From: Octopus vulgaris
Lineage: Eukaryota
Assembly: GCA_951406725.2 (NCBI GenBank)
Contig: OX597819.1
Span: 23,994,001-24,058,000 of the forward strand
Length of the DNA stretch: 64,000 bases
Reading direction: 5' to 3'
The first letter of the stretch is position 1; every line of letters begins with the position of its first letter. Positions 14,348-25,260 of this stretch are shown one piece after another. Under the pieces are notes generated by a model. It saw nothing but the letters and a program-made list of their open reading frames with translations, was not told the DNA's origin and did not search any database. The position numbers and the translations under genes are program-made.

Positions 14348-14420
<73 letters not shown>

Positions 14421-14725
14421 GATTTACAATCTGCCTAATTAAGAAATAGCCCGGCTATGGAAAATGAAGAAGGTGAAGCACCGATTATTGTTGGGTCCTT
14501 GGAGACTATCAGAAAGCTTCAATAGGAATATAAAGGAAATCGGATTAAAATGCCCGGTCGAATTGTTACAAAAAGTTTCCGTCCTTAGCGCGGCCAGAAT
14601 AATCAGATAAGAATTAGATAGTGGACAAGAACAGGTAGCATGGTACCGATGGCTGCAGGCAACAAACCCGATGCACATGCAACGTTCCAGGAGTTCCAAC
14701 AAAACTCGAGATAAAAAAGAATGCT
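14421..14725 (+). mobile_element. 3' end of a third RLE LINE family
   Basis: IARLWKMKKV..IIVGSL..CPVELLQK.SVL.AARII peptide; (AAT)n on both sides. Confidence 0.7.
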
Positions 14726-14749
14726 AATAATATAATAATAATAATAACC

Positions 14750-14945
14750 CTTGCACTACTAAAGGTGCAAGATATGAAATTTTGTGGATTACATCGACCC
14801 CAGAATTTCACTGATACTTAATTTATCGACTCCGAAAGGATGAAAGACAAGGTCGACCTCGGCAGAATTTGAACTCAGGTCATAAAGACGGACAAAATGT
14901 CGCTAAGCATTTTCCCCGGCATGTTAACGATTTTGATAGTTCGCC
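14750..14945 (-). mobile_element. SINE family B
   Basis: rc of the family-B core. Confidence 0.8.
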
Positions 14946-14953
14946 AATAATAA

Positions 14954-14996
<43 letters not shown>

Positions 14997-15009
14997 AATA
15001 ATTATAATA

Positions 15010-15090
<81 letters not shown>

Positions 15091-15091
15091 T

Positions 15092-15685
15092 AAACACTAC
15101 AAATTCGGCTCTCCTGCTAACTGGTATGAACACCATCCTCAGCCAGTTGTTGAAGGTAAAAATGTCATCATCCTCTGGGATTTTCCAGTCAACACTGACA
15201 GAACGATCAAGGTAATCGACCAGACATAATTGTTAAAGACAGGGAAGAAAATACCTGCAGACTAATAGCGGGAAGCGTCCCCACTGATAAAAATATATCT
15301 GTAAAGGAATTTGACAAACTTAGTAAATATAAGGACCTGGAAATCGAAATACAAAAGATGTGGAATCTTAAAACAAAAACTGCTCCTGTTATTGTAGGTA
15401 CCCTAGGTATGATAAAAAAGGGATGTCAGAAACACCTAGACAATATCCCTGGAGAACCATGTCTCAAGGAAATCCAAAAGATTGTGCTAACAAGTACTGC
15501 CCACATCCTTAGAAAAACCCTATCAATGTAAATGTTTGTGTTGTATTACGTGGAGATATTTCTCTACTTCCCCTTCCCAAGCTTTCAGCTATATTTCAAC
15601 AACTCTTAACCTTCGCTTGCCCTAGGGCGCAGGGTGTGCCCCGGCAAGTGATTGCATCAAACATGCAGATTAAAAGTAAATGACA
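15092..15685 (+). mobile_element. 3' part (RLE domain and UTR) of a fourth R4/Dong-like family
   Basis: WYEHHP..ILWDFPVNTDRTI..RPDI, KLSKYKDLEIEIQKMW, PVIVGTLG, TAHILRKTLS; (AAT)n flanks. Confidence 0.85.
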
Positions 15686-15727
15686 TTAATAATAATAATA
15701 ATAATAATGACGATGATGATGATGAAG

Positions 15728-15760
<33 letters not shown>

Positions 15761-15792
15761 TATACATACACACAAATGTACATACATACATG

Positions 15793-15853
<61 letters not shown>

Positions 15854-16285
15854 CTGTGTGTGTGTGTGTATGTGGTGGACGTCGACTCGTAACCGAGAAA
15901 GACCACAATTCCAATTCTTGGATGTAGATTAGAAACCGGCTCTTTCTCTATTGGCAAGAATAATGACTGAATAATGACATACATACACACATACATGTGT
16001 CTACATCCATACGAATGAAGTACTCTGTAATATTCGTTCTACACTGAGTTAATAGATACGGGTTTGTAAATTTTCGTCACATTCCGAGGTTTTAACGCTT
16101 TTGCCAATATACGTAAATGCATCGGAACCCGCTTATAATTACGTATGATCTCATCAGGCGGTGATTACCAAATTTGGTGGATCAAAAGTCTTCATCCGAA
16201 AGTGATCACAATATGTGCCTTCTACAGTATATATATACTCACACACACATGAATATAGCTAGGTTAAATGTATATATATATATAT

Positions 16286-16643
16286 AATCAGCTCAACCAA
16301 CCAATCAGCTTAAATAATTGAGTGATACTACACACTGATTGGTCAGAATACAGTTTGCAAAACCTAGCACTCTGGAGCCTACCCAGCTGTATTTATAGCA
16401 CATAATCACTCATCTTGCTACAGTCAAAAATTGTGAAGCATGACTGTCAACACTACTACATGAACCCGAAGATTGCAGAATTCAATGCATGAAAGTACTA
16501 GTTCAATCAGAATGAATATTTAACATTCTACTATTTCATTTTATTTTATTCAATTATAATATATTATCTTATAATATATCATTATAAGATTGTAAATAAA
16601 ACGTGAAAATCAGACAAGGTTGGAATTCTTTTTATTAATATAT
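16286..16643 (+). repeat. 5' pseudo-LTR
   Basis: Direct repeat of 20559-20916 (offset 4273). Confidence 0.95.
16461..16505 (+). ncRNA. Minimal type-I hammerhead ribozyme in 5' pLTR (CCGAAGA core variant)
   Basis: TGAAC-CCGAAGA-TTGCA gaattcaa TGCAT-GAA-AGTACT-A-GTTCA: stem I TGAAC/GTTCA, palindromic stem III, CUA triplet. Confidence 0.75.
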
Positions 16644-16712
16644 TCTTCTATACACAATCACACACACCCATATATATATATATATCTATATTCCTATTGT
16701 GTATATGCCAAC

Positions 16713-18005
16713 ATGTCTGGAAAGCAACAAACAAAATTAACAGAATCCGAAAGAATTCTAATGGAAATTTCATCGAAATTATCAACACTCATCACGATGA
16801 TTGACACACAATCCTCTATTTTAAAGGAAATAGAAAAACAGTCTACAGACGGAAAACTTGGAAATGAACACATAAACTCTGAAATTAAGAATTTAGCTGA
16901 AATGATACCAACAATTATAAAATCTAGAAGAGAAAGCCTACCACAACCTCCTTGGATGTCAGAAATAAACGAAAGAAATCTGGAAAAAGAGGCACACCGA
17001 AAAAGAGAAGAGATACAGAAGACATGGAAAAAACTCCTTAACATAAGAAAACAAAACTTCTGGAAGGCATATAAATGCGAAAAATATGCTGAAATACATT
17101 CGAAATGGATATCTTTAGCGGCACCCATACTTCCTCGGAAGTACCTAATTAAAGAAATTGCAGGAGAACCAGAGGAAGAAACTAAACTTCGATGGGACCT
17201 TAGTTTGATAAAATTCAGGACCGACATCTCCATTACCCTGTCTAAACAATCCCGCTACAAAGCCAAATACGAAGCTATCGATGATCAAATCAGAGATGAA
17301 ATATCCAAACTAACGACCGGCAATATAGCAGAAAAAATGCGAGAACTATGGATCAGAGATATCTCAAAAGAAGAAAGCAGATCAAGAAAGTTTTGGCAGC
17401 GGAAACAATTATTTCTCGACAAATATGCTACAAATTACGGTAAAGACACCAGAACTCCGAGAAATAGCATTAAAAGTGGACAACCTCACCAACGCAACAT
17501 ACACCAGAACACGTGGCAACATGAACACCCGTTTCACCACGAATCGAAGACGAACTACGGTAAGAACTCTTCCCATTTTGTATGCAAACACCCTAATGCA
17601 CACAACATGAACAAAAAGCACAAACAAAATAGATATTGTTTTGAACAGACCATTAGCAGTAGAAATAACAGGAGATCATTTTCAAGACCTCAACAGAGAT
17701 TACCCACAAGAAACTGGACAAAAAACCGATCTAGATCTAGAAGTAAACCCAGATCATTTCTCCAGGTGGTTAAAAACAATGCTAACAAGAAATTGAAAAG
17801 TAGCATACATAATACCAAAAACAAGACAGAAAACATAACGAAACCAAGTAAAGTACCACAACCAAAACGCAAAATTCATCAAGCAAACATCAACAGAAAT
17901 ATAAATCATAACCAGAAAAAAATCCATTTTTTTACGTCAGGACAACAAACACCGGAGAAAGAAAAAATCCAAGAGGAAACATACCCCAAACAACTGAACG
18001 TATAG
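16713..18005 (+). CDS. PLE ORF1: helical/coiled-coil-like N-terminus, basic Arg/Ser-rich C-terminus
   Basis: Uninterrupted frame from ATG 16713 (MSGKQQTKL) with RSRSRSKPRSFL tract; lies between the pLTR and the RT ORF. Confidence 0.8.
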   Translation: MSGKQQTKLTESERILMEISSKLSTLITMIDTQSSILKEIEKQSTDGKLGNEHINSEIKNLAEMIPTIIKSRRESLPQPPWMSEINERNLEKEAHRKREEIQKTWKKLLNIRKQNFWKAYKCEKYAEIHSKWISLAAPILPRKYLIKEIAGEPEEETKLRWDLSLIKFRTDISITLSKQSRYKAKYEAIDDQIRDEISKLTTGNIAEKMRELWIRDISKEESRSRKFWQRKQLFLDKYATNYGKDTRTPRNSIKSGQPHQRNIHQNTWQHEHPFHHESKTNYGKNSSHFVCKHPNAHNMNKKHKQNRYCFEQTISSRNNRRSFSRPQQRLPTRNWTKNRSRSRSKPRSFLQVVKNNANKKLKSSIHNTKNKTENITKPSKVPQPKRKIHQANINRNINHNQKKIHFFTSGQQTPEKEKIQEETYPKQLNV

Positions 18006-20239
18006 ATCCTAAAATAATTAATTTATCAAAAAGAGATCTTGACAATGATGAAATCCAACTTCTGTCAAAAGGACTGAAATTCACACCTACACCAACAGCC
18101 AACCACCAAGAATTAAAGGAGGATATCCAAAAATTCTGTCGAAAATTACGACTTGTAGAATTCTTCGCTAACAAAAGTAATGAGATTGATGAATCCCTAG
18201 TAAGGAATAAATCAAATTTCACCCCACCAAAAGGAAGAAATAACTACCTTGACCAATACATTGATATCCTGTCTAAATTTCCCCTTAGACGCAATACCAA
18301 TGTTAGGCCAAACATTAGCAAATCAGAGATGTCTGCATGTAAACGTATACAAAACGATCAAACAATAATAATTAAACAAGCAGATAAAGGTGGTGCAATT
18401 GTTATTATGGATACCGAATACTATAAGGATTTGGTTGAAGACCAACTGAAGGATACAACCTTCTATTGTGAAATACCCGCAAATATAGACCACCACATCA
18501 TGAAAAAGATCAACAACCTGATTTCAACACACCACAACTCACTTACGGATAATGAAAAAGACTACATCACCAATTTTGAACCAAAACCCAGCAACTTCTA
18601 CGGCTTACCAAAAATACACAAATCAAAAAACATTCAACAGGCAGTAAAAGAACAAGAAAGTGAGTACATAAAATTATTACATCCAAAAGACCTAAAACTT
18701 AGACCTATTATAGCTGGTCCAGCATGCCCTACACACCGTCTAAGCAATTTTATTGACATTGTTTTGAAACCACTATGTACTTACATACCAAGTTTCATCA
18801 GGGATGACATCGACTTCCTGTCCCATCTTCCCAAAACAACAGAAACAAATTCAGTTTTGCTAAGTTTTGATGTGGTAAGCCTCTACACCAATATTCCACA
18901 CGATTTAGGAATAAAGGCGACTAAATACTGGTTAGAAAAACATAGAGAAGTGATTCCCAGCAGATTCACAGTGCCATTTATATTAGACACAGTCAAACTT
19001 ATTCTAGAAAATAACACATTCTTCTTCAATGGAAAGAATTACATCCAAATTAGAGGCACGGCGATGGGAACGAGGTTTGCTCCCGTTTACGCCAACTCTG
19101 TAATGGGATACTTAGAAGAACAACTCTACCAAGAGGTGGAGGTAAACTATGGCACTGGATTTAGAAAGTATATTGAAAAGGCATGGAAGAGATACCTAGA
19201 CGACTGTTTCATAATCTGGACAGAATCTCTAAATACTCTGGAAGAGTTCAATATCCTCCTGAACAACCTACACCCATCTCTCAAATTTACAAAGGAGATG
19301 AGTAGTACCAAATTACCATTCCTGGATATAATGGTAATTAAAAAAGACACCACCATCACCACAGATATATACTATAAACACACAGACACACATCAATACC
19401 TAAATTTTAAGTCGTGCCATCCACCACATACAAAACGTAACATCCCATACTGCCTAGCCAGAAGAATTTGTACTATTGTAGAAGATGCAAATATCAGGAA
19501 CAAACGCCTAATAGAACTAAGAGAATTTTTGCTCAAACAAAAATACCCATCTCTACTTATAGAAAATGGCATACAGCGGGCTATAAAAATACCTATACAA
19601 CAACTTAGGACAACCCAAGGAAGAGGAAAACAAGAACAAGTCATACCATTCATAGTGACACACAACCCATGTCACCAGAATATCTTCAACATTGCCAAAG
19701 CAAACCTACCAATCATTGCCCAAAGTAATGAATTAAAAGACATAATCAAGGATCGAGCTATGGTGCTTAGTAAAAGACAGCCTAAAAACTTGAAAACATT
19801 ACTAACAAAGGCAAAATTTGACCTCAGCAACAAAGACCAAACATTCACGGTATCTAAATGCAATGATAGCCGATGTGGCACATGCCAATTCATACATACC
19901 GGTCAATATATAAACACAAAAACCGGGAAAATATTCACAAACGCGAATATGAACTGCAAAAGCAGAAATTTAATTTACTGCATCAAATGCCCAAATTGTG
20001 AAGAAATATATGTAGGTCAGACGGGAAACGCACTATTAGAACGCTCACGTGTACACCGGCAACAGATTAGAGACCCAGAGGTCCGTCAGATACCTTTGAG
20101 TAACCACCTAGCAACATGTGGTCGGAAAATATATATAATATTTCCATTCTACAAATTACACAGCCCAAGTGAAATCGAGAGGAAAATCAGAGAAAAGAAT
20201 TTTATTGATAAATTCGAACCCAAGCTAAATAAGCAATAA
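17912..20239 (+). CDS. PLE ORF2: reverse transcriptase + GIY-YIG endonuclease (first ATG only at 18329)
   Basis: Frame open from 17912; IINLSKRDL..E..LLSKGLKFTP, ADKGG, SFDVVSLYTNIP, GTAMG, RYLDD, Cys linker CNDSRCGTC, NLIYCIKCPNC..YVGQT. Confidence 0.95.
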   Translation, partial: PEKNPFFYVRTTNTGERKNPRGNIPQTTERIDPKIINLSKRDLDNDEIQLLSKGLKFTPTPTANHQELKEDIQKFCRKLRLVEFFANKSNEIDESLVRNKSNFTPPKGRNNYLDQYIDILSKFPLRRNTNVRPNISKSEMSACKRIQNDQTIIIKQADKGGAIVIMDTEYYKDLVEDQLKDTTFYCEIPANIDHHIMKKINNLISTHHNSLTDNEKDYITNFEPKPSNFYGLPKIHKSKNIQQAVKEQESEYIKLLHPKDLKLRPIIAGPACPTHRLSNFIDIVLKPLCTYIPSFIRDDIDFLSHLPKTTETNSVLLSFDVVSLYTNIPHDLGIKATKYWLEKHREVIPSRFTVPFILDTVKLILENNTFFFNGKNYIQIRGTAMGTRFAPVYANSVMGYLEEQLYQEVEVNYGTGFRKYIEKAWKRYLDDCFIIWTESLNTLEEFNILLNNLHPSLKFTKEMSSTKLPFLDIMVIKKDTTITTDIYYKHTDTHQYLNFKSCHPPHTKRNIPYCLARRICTIVEDANIRNKRLIELREFLLKQKYPSLLIENGIQRAIKIPIQQLRTTQGRGKQEQVIPFIVTHNPCHQNIFNIAKANLPIIAQSNELKDIIKDRAMVLSKRQPKNLKTLLTKAKFDLSNKDQTFTVSKCNDSRCGTCQFIHTGQYINTKTGKIFTNANMNCKSRNLIYCIKCPNCEEIYVGQTGNALLERSRVHRQQIRDPEVRQIPLSNHLATCGRKIYIIFPFYKLHSPSEIERKIREKNFIDKFEPKLNKQ

Positions 20240-20558
20240 TAATAATACTTAGAGGTATTACTTCCACTGCTACGACCATGACCACTAACAACAACAACAA
20301 TACTAAAGGTGATCAAGACGAAGATAGCAGGAAAATTATCTTATTTAGGGTTAAAAGTTCTATTGCCACCACCATCACCACTAGCAACAATAATTAAGGT
20401 GCTGACAATGATGATGATGACAATTGAAATATAAAAATATAAAAATCTCTGACAAAGGATATTTACAACATTTCTAAAAATAACCCAACAATTGCTGCTT
20501 CGGCCAGGGTCAAGATACAGGACTCTTGACCTGTCCAACAAAGCGTGATGCCTAAACC

Positions 20559-20907
20559 AATCAGCTCAACCAACCAATCAGCTTAAGTAATTGAGTGATA
20601 CTACACACTGATTGGTCAGAATACAGTTTGCAAAACCTAGCACTCTGGAGCCTACCCAGCTGTATTTATAGCACAGAATCACTCATCTTGCTACAGTCAA
20701 AAATTGTGAAGCATGACTGTCAACACTACTACATGAACCCGAAGATTGCAGAATTCAATGCATGAAAGTACTAGTTCAATCAGAATGAATATTTAACATT
20801 CTACTATTTCATTTTATTTTATTCAATTATAATATATTATCTTATAATATATCATTATAAGATTGTAAATAAAACGTGAAAATCAGACAAGGTTGGAATT
20901 CTTTTTA

Positions 20908-20916
<9 letters not shown>
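20559..20916 (+). repeat. 3' pseudo-LTR (hammerhead at 20734-20778)
   Basis: Direct repeat of 16286-16643, followed by a long (TA)n. Confidence 0.95.
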
Positions 20917-20998
<82 letters not shown>

Positions 20999-21007
20999 AT
21001 ATATCTA

Positions 21008-21070
<63 letters not shown>

Positions 21071-21201
21071 ATCTTATAAGCAAGGGCTAAAGAAGATTAT
21101 TCTAAAGCCAATATACTGATTATCCACTTATAATCCACTTTTTACAGGGAAATTGAACTGAAATCGGGAAAATAACCTTTAGAAAATTAAAATTTCGTTA
21201 T

Positions 21202-21261
21202 CTCTATATTGAATCAATTTCGGAATTAATCTTATAAAGGATTCGTTCTTCGTCAGTAGAG
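21202..21261 (-). ncRNA. Type-I hammerhead ribozyme
   Basis: Minus strand: CTCTA-CTGACGA-stem II-GAAATTGA-T-TCAAT-A-TAGAG; stem I extends past an internal loop (TCGT/ACGA). Confidence 0.75.
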
Positions 21262-21675
21262 CTTACGAGGGAATATAAATAAAATACTTACATGCGTTTA
21301 TAGAAAAAGCAGAAGCTAAAAACACAACTACATCATTTATATCTAAAAATAAAAATTCCTTGGTCAGTCTCAGAACAACTTGTTGACTTTTCGCCGCTAC
21401 ATATTATAATGGTTACCAGTCCCCTGTAGCAAGCAGTAATGAGTTTACTACTAACAATATAGGATGAAGTCCCTTTCTCTACAGAAAAGAATTCCATCAA
21501 GAAGCGTGGCAGTATATTAAAAAAAACCTTTACGGTTGAAATATAAACATATATGTTATACATATATGTATATATATATATGTATATAAATATATGTACT
21601 TAAATGTAGTTGTGTTTTTAGCTTCTGCTTTTCATATAAACGCATGTAAGTATTTTATTTATATTCCCTCGTAAG

Positions 21676-21735
21676 CTCTACTGACGAAGAATGAATGCTT
21701 TATAAGATTAATTACGAAACTGATTCAATATAGAG
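21676..21735 (+). ncRNA. Type-I hammerhead ribozyme (inverted copy)
   Basis: CTCTA-CTGACGA...GAAACTGATTCAATA-TAGAG; one stem-III mismatch. Confidence 0.65.
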
Positions 21736-21963
21736 ATAACGAAATTCAAATTTTCTAAAGGTTAGTTGCCCAATTTCAGTTCAATTTTCCTGTAACAAGT
21801 GGATTATAAGTTGATAATCAGTATATTGGCTTTAGAATAATCTTCTTTAGCCCTTGCTTATAAGATGTTTATATTTCAACCGTAAAGGTTTTTTTAATAT
21901 ACTGCCACGCTTCTTGATGGAATTCTTTTCTGTAGAGAAAGGGACTTCATCCTATATTGTTAG

Positions 21964-22035
<72 letters not shown>

Positions 22036-22144
22036 GTTAACAGTTATCACCAAGCTAATATGGCAGTCCATAAATATAGGACTAAAGCTGCCGTTGTTAA
22101 TATCCAGTACCGCTTCCGTAGTCTCCTTTAGAGTGAGAGTTAGA

Positions 22145-22229
<85 letters not shown>

Positions 22230-22230
<1 letters not shown>

Positions 22231-23072
22231 TAGCAGAATTGCCCGGCGTTGCTCGGGGCTGAATTGCTTGAAAGTACTGTTAATGATTGCACTGAATTAT
22301 GATGATTATTCAGGCAAATATTGATATAAGCTTACGGTGGGAGATAAGGACTTAACGATCAAACGTGTGCCATTGCATTGTTTTGGGGGAACCAAATTTC
22401 TGATGAGCATTATTGGGGCACCAACTTTAAGTTTGAGAAAGTGTGGTGGTAGTCCGGGGTGCTCAAAGGAATTGAGTACCTCTATTGGATAGTTGATGAC
22501 GTCCTCTGGGTCAGGAGTTGTATCGATAGACTGATATACATAGACTTCCCCAGGAATGAGTTTTAGCATTTCATCATTAATATGGTGAACAGTTTTATTC
22601 CTCGGGGCCAGTATAGCCTTTTTGCCAATCCAATCCATATTCTGATAATTAGCTTGTAGATCTGGGAACACTGCATCTCTGAGATCAGAAGGCGTCTTAA
22701 CAATGGTACACATGGAATCGATGGCAATATTACCATTTTCATCCCCTGGTATTTTGCCTTCGCCAAGTGCAAGGAGGATGTGAGGAAATGCTGCTGATGT
22801 GATATTACGTCGCATATGAGCACGCATATTGGTGTGAAGTTTGAGAGTTACTTCCCTTTATTTAAAAAAATATGCATTAAAATGGAAAAAAATTATGGTA
22901 AATTATTTGTAAAATTATAGACTCATCGTAGACGCGCGCTAATACCCAGAAGGGCTCGATATGAATCACGACTATAAGATACCCGGTTTTGGTTAAACTG
23001 CATCGCAAAATGTGGGAGTAGTTAGGAATCTAAATCGGAGTAGACAGACACACAACCTTTCTTTTATATATA
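22230..23072 (-). mobile_element. Helitron deletion derivative retaining a helicase fragment
   Basis: 3' hairpin + CTAG at 22230; 5' ~230 bp shared with 13372-13752. Confidence 0.85.
22306..22845 (-). pseudogene. PIF1-like helicase fragment of Helitron Rep/Hel
   Basis: AILAPRN, YPIEVLNS...GLPPH.LKLKVGAPIMLIRNL....CNGTRL motifs. Confidence 0.9.
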
Positions 23073-23074
23073 AA

Positions 23075-23582
23075 TATTTTCGTCCTAAAAAACATTGTAT
23101 GGATTGAATGGTTACCTCTATGGAAATATATACACGCACATTATACATACATGTGTGTATAGATGAATATATAAATACATTTAAATATCTATATACACTT
23201 TTGGGCGATCTTTGTGCTACTTAGAGATAACTTTAGATCTTATTTTCGTCCTAAAAAACTTTGTGCGGAGTGAATGGTTACGTGTATGGAAATATATACA
23301 CATACATTATACATACATCTGTGTATAGATGAATATATAAATACATTTAAATATCTATATACACTTTTGGGCGATCTTTCTGCTACTTGTATATACTTTA
23401 GATCTTATATTCATCCTAAAAAACTTTGTATGGTGTGAAAGGTTACCTCTATGGAAATATATACACACACATTATACATACATCTGTGTATAGATGAATA
23501 TATAAATACATTTAAATATCTATATACACTTTTGGGCGATCTTTCTGCTACTTAGATATAGGTCTTATATTCGTCCTAAAAA
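23075..23582. repeat. Tandem repeat, ~160-166-bp unit, about 3 copies
   Basis: Unit marker CRTCCTAAAAAA at 23081, 23247, 23412 and 23572. Confidence 0.9.
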
Positions 23583-24043
23583 ATTTTCCTGTCACACACT
23601 CACGCACAAGCACACACACAAACACACACACCCTCACACACACGCACACACACACACTCACACACACGCACGCACACACGTTAGCTTACAATTTTATTTA
23701 TATATTTGCGTGTCTATGTGTGTAAAGAGGAAGTGGGAATGCAGAGTGAAAGAGTCACTCAGTACAAAAAGTGAATTACTTTCACTTTATTCGTTGCACA
23801 CTGTGTGTGTGCGTGTGCGTGTGGTGTAGGCCACTCTAAGAAAAGCATTTGACTTATACACCACAATGTGAGTTTTCTCTAAATTTTGCTTAATTAGGGT
23901 TGAAATTTTAAAAACTGGACCTGGCACGACCCGATGCATTCTACTCTTAAAAATGCTAGGTAAATTGTAATTGAAGAAATCCTATATTGTAGATTTCTAT
24001 AAGATACAAATGGAGGCAGATAAAATCTGCCTTTTATAATAAG

Positions 24044-24044
<1 letters not shown>
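23075..24044 (-). mobile_element. Second Helitron 5' module containing the tandem array
   Basis: Minus strand starts TCTTATTATAAAAGGCAG at ~24044; no separate CTAG end seen. Confidence 0.5.
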
Positions 24045-24115
<71 letters not shown>

Positions 24116-24736
24116 CAGTGTGTGTCAGTACGCATACACATATAGCTTTGCTATAAAAGAATCGAAACGATCAATGTATGGAAACATCCATATATGAACT
24201 TGTATCTATATACGACACGTCCCTGTATGCATACATCTGATTGTGTTTATGATAATTTTTAACATAAAATCTTCAGCGAAATTTGAAGGAAATATGTTAA
24301 AGAGGGTATGAATTCCAGTATTTGATTGGTACTTATTTTGTTAAGACCAAAAGGATGAAAGACGTAAACCAACGTCGGTGAGAACCGAACTCAGAACACA
24401 TGAGACGCGATTAAATGAGGCAAAAAACATTGCATCTGATGCTGTGGTGAGTCTGGCAATCAATCAGCAGCTGGTAACTTGTTACCCTTGACTTATATTT
24501 CATGAAGCATGCAGAGAAAGTGAGAGAGAGAGAGTGAGAGAGAGAGAGTGAGAGAGAGAGAGAGTGAGAGAGAGAGAAGGAGTGTGTGTGTAAAAGGCAG
24601 GATATATAGCATATATGTGCGTGCATGAGAAGCCATAAGATAGTGAGAAGAAACAGAATCAGAACTTTTACGCTTATGAGCGTGGAAAATACATTCATAA
24701 CACGTTACATACACACACACACACACACACACACAT

Positions 24737-24769
<33 letters not shown>

Positions 24770-25228
24770 CGTATATATATTTAAGTATATATGTGTGTAT
24801 TTATATGTATATATATATATACGCATGTATATATGTGTGTGTATATGTATATACATACATACGCTCTCATACTATATGTATTTGTATATACCTGTGTGTG
24901 TGTGTGTGATTGTGTGTGTGTGTGTGATTGTGTGTGTGTATGTGTGGGCGTGTGAGCTCTAGCGCACATGGAGTACGTTGTAGCTGAAAAACATACTACA
25001 CATTCCGCAATGTAGACACAAAGTAACTTTGATTGATAACAATAACATTTGCTAATGTATATCCTTTATGAGTGAGGTATTTTAATATATATTTTAAATA
25101 TTTTGAACACCCAGTCTTTATGTACGATTTACTTATATCTAGATTCGCTTTCTCAGCATATCTTCTTGTAAACAATCTTCAAATGAGTATGTGAGTGTGT
25201 GTGTGTGTGTGTGTGTGAATGTGTGTGT

Positions 25229-25260
<32 letters not shown>

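Larger units (their letters stand above)
16286..20916 (+). mobile_element. Neptune-type Penelope-like element, near full length, young
   Basis: Direct pseudo-LTRs 16286-16643 and 20559-20916 (two differences seen); RT + GIY-YIG; both ends in (TA)n. Confidence 0.95.
21064..21964. mobile_element. Non-coding hammerhead element (retrozyme-like): circularly permuted ~478-nt unit plus an inverted partial copy
   Basis: Left arm A(21064-21333)-B-C(21450-21550); right arm 21604-21964 is rc of contiguous C-A; (TA)n flanks. Confidence 0.75.

Noticed and set aside
16286-20916. LTR retrotransposon interpretation of the direct repeats
   Set aside because: No TG...CA ends, PBS, protease or integrase; RT and GIY-YIG motifs are Penelope-type.
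23075-23582. CRISPR-like array
   Set aside because: Whole ~165-bp units repeat with no unique spacers; eukaryotic context and no cas genes.
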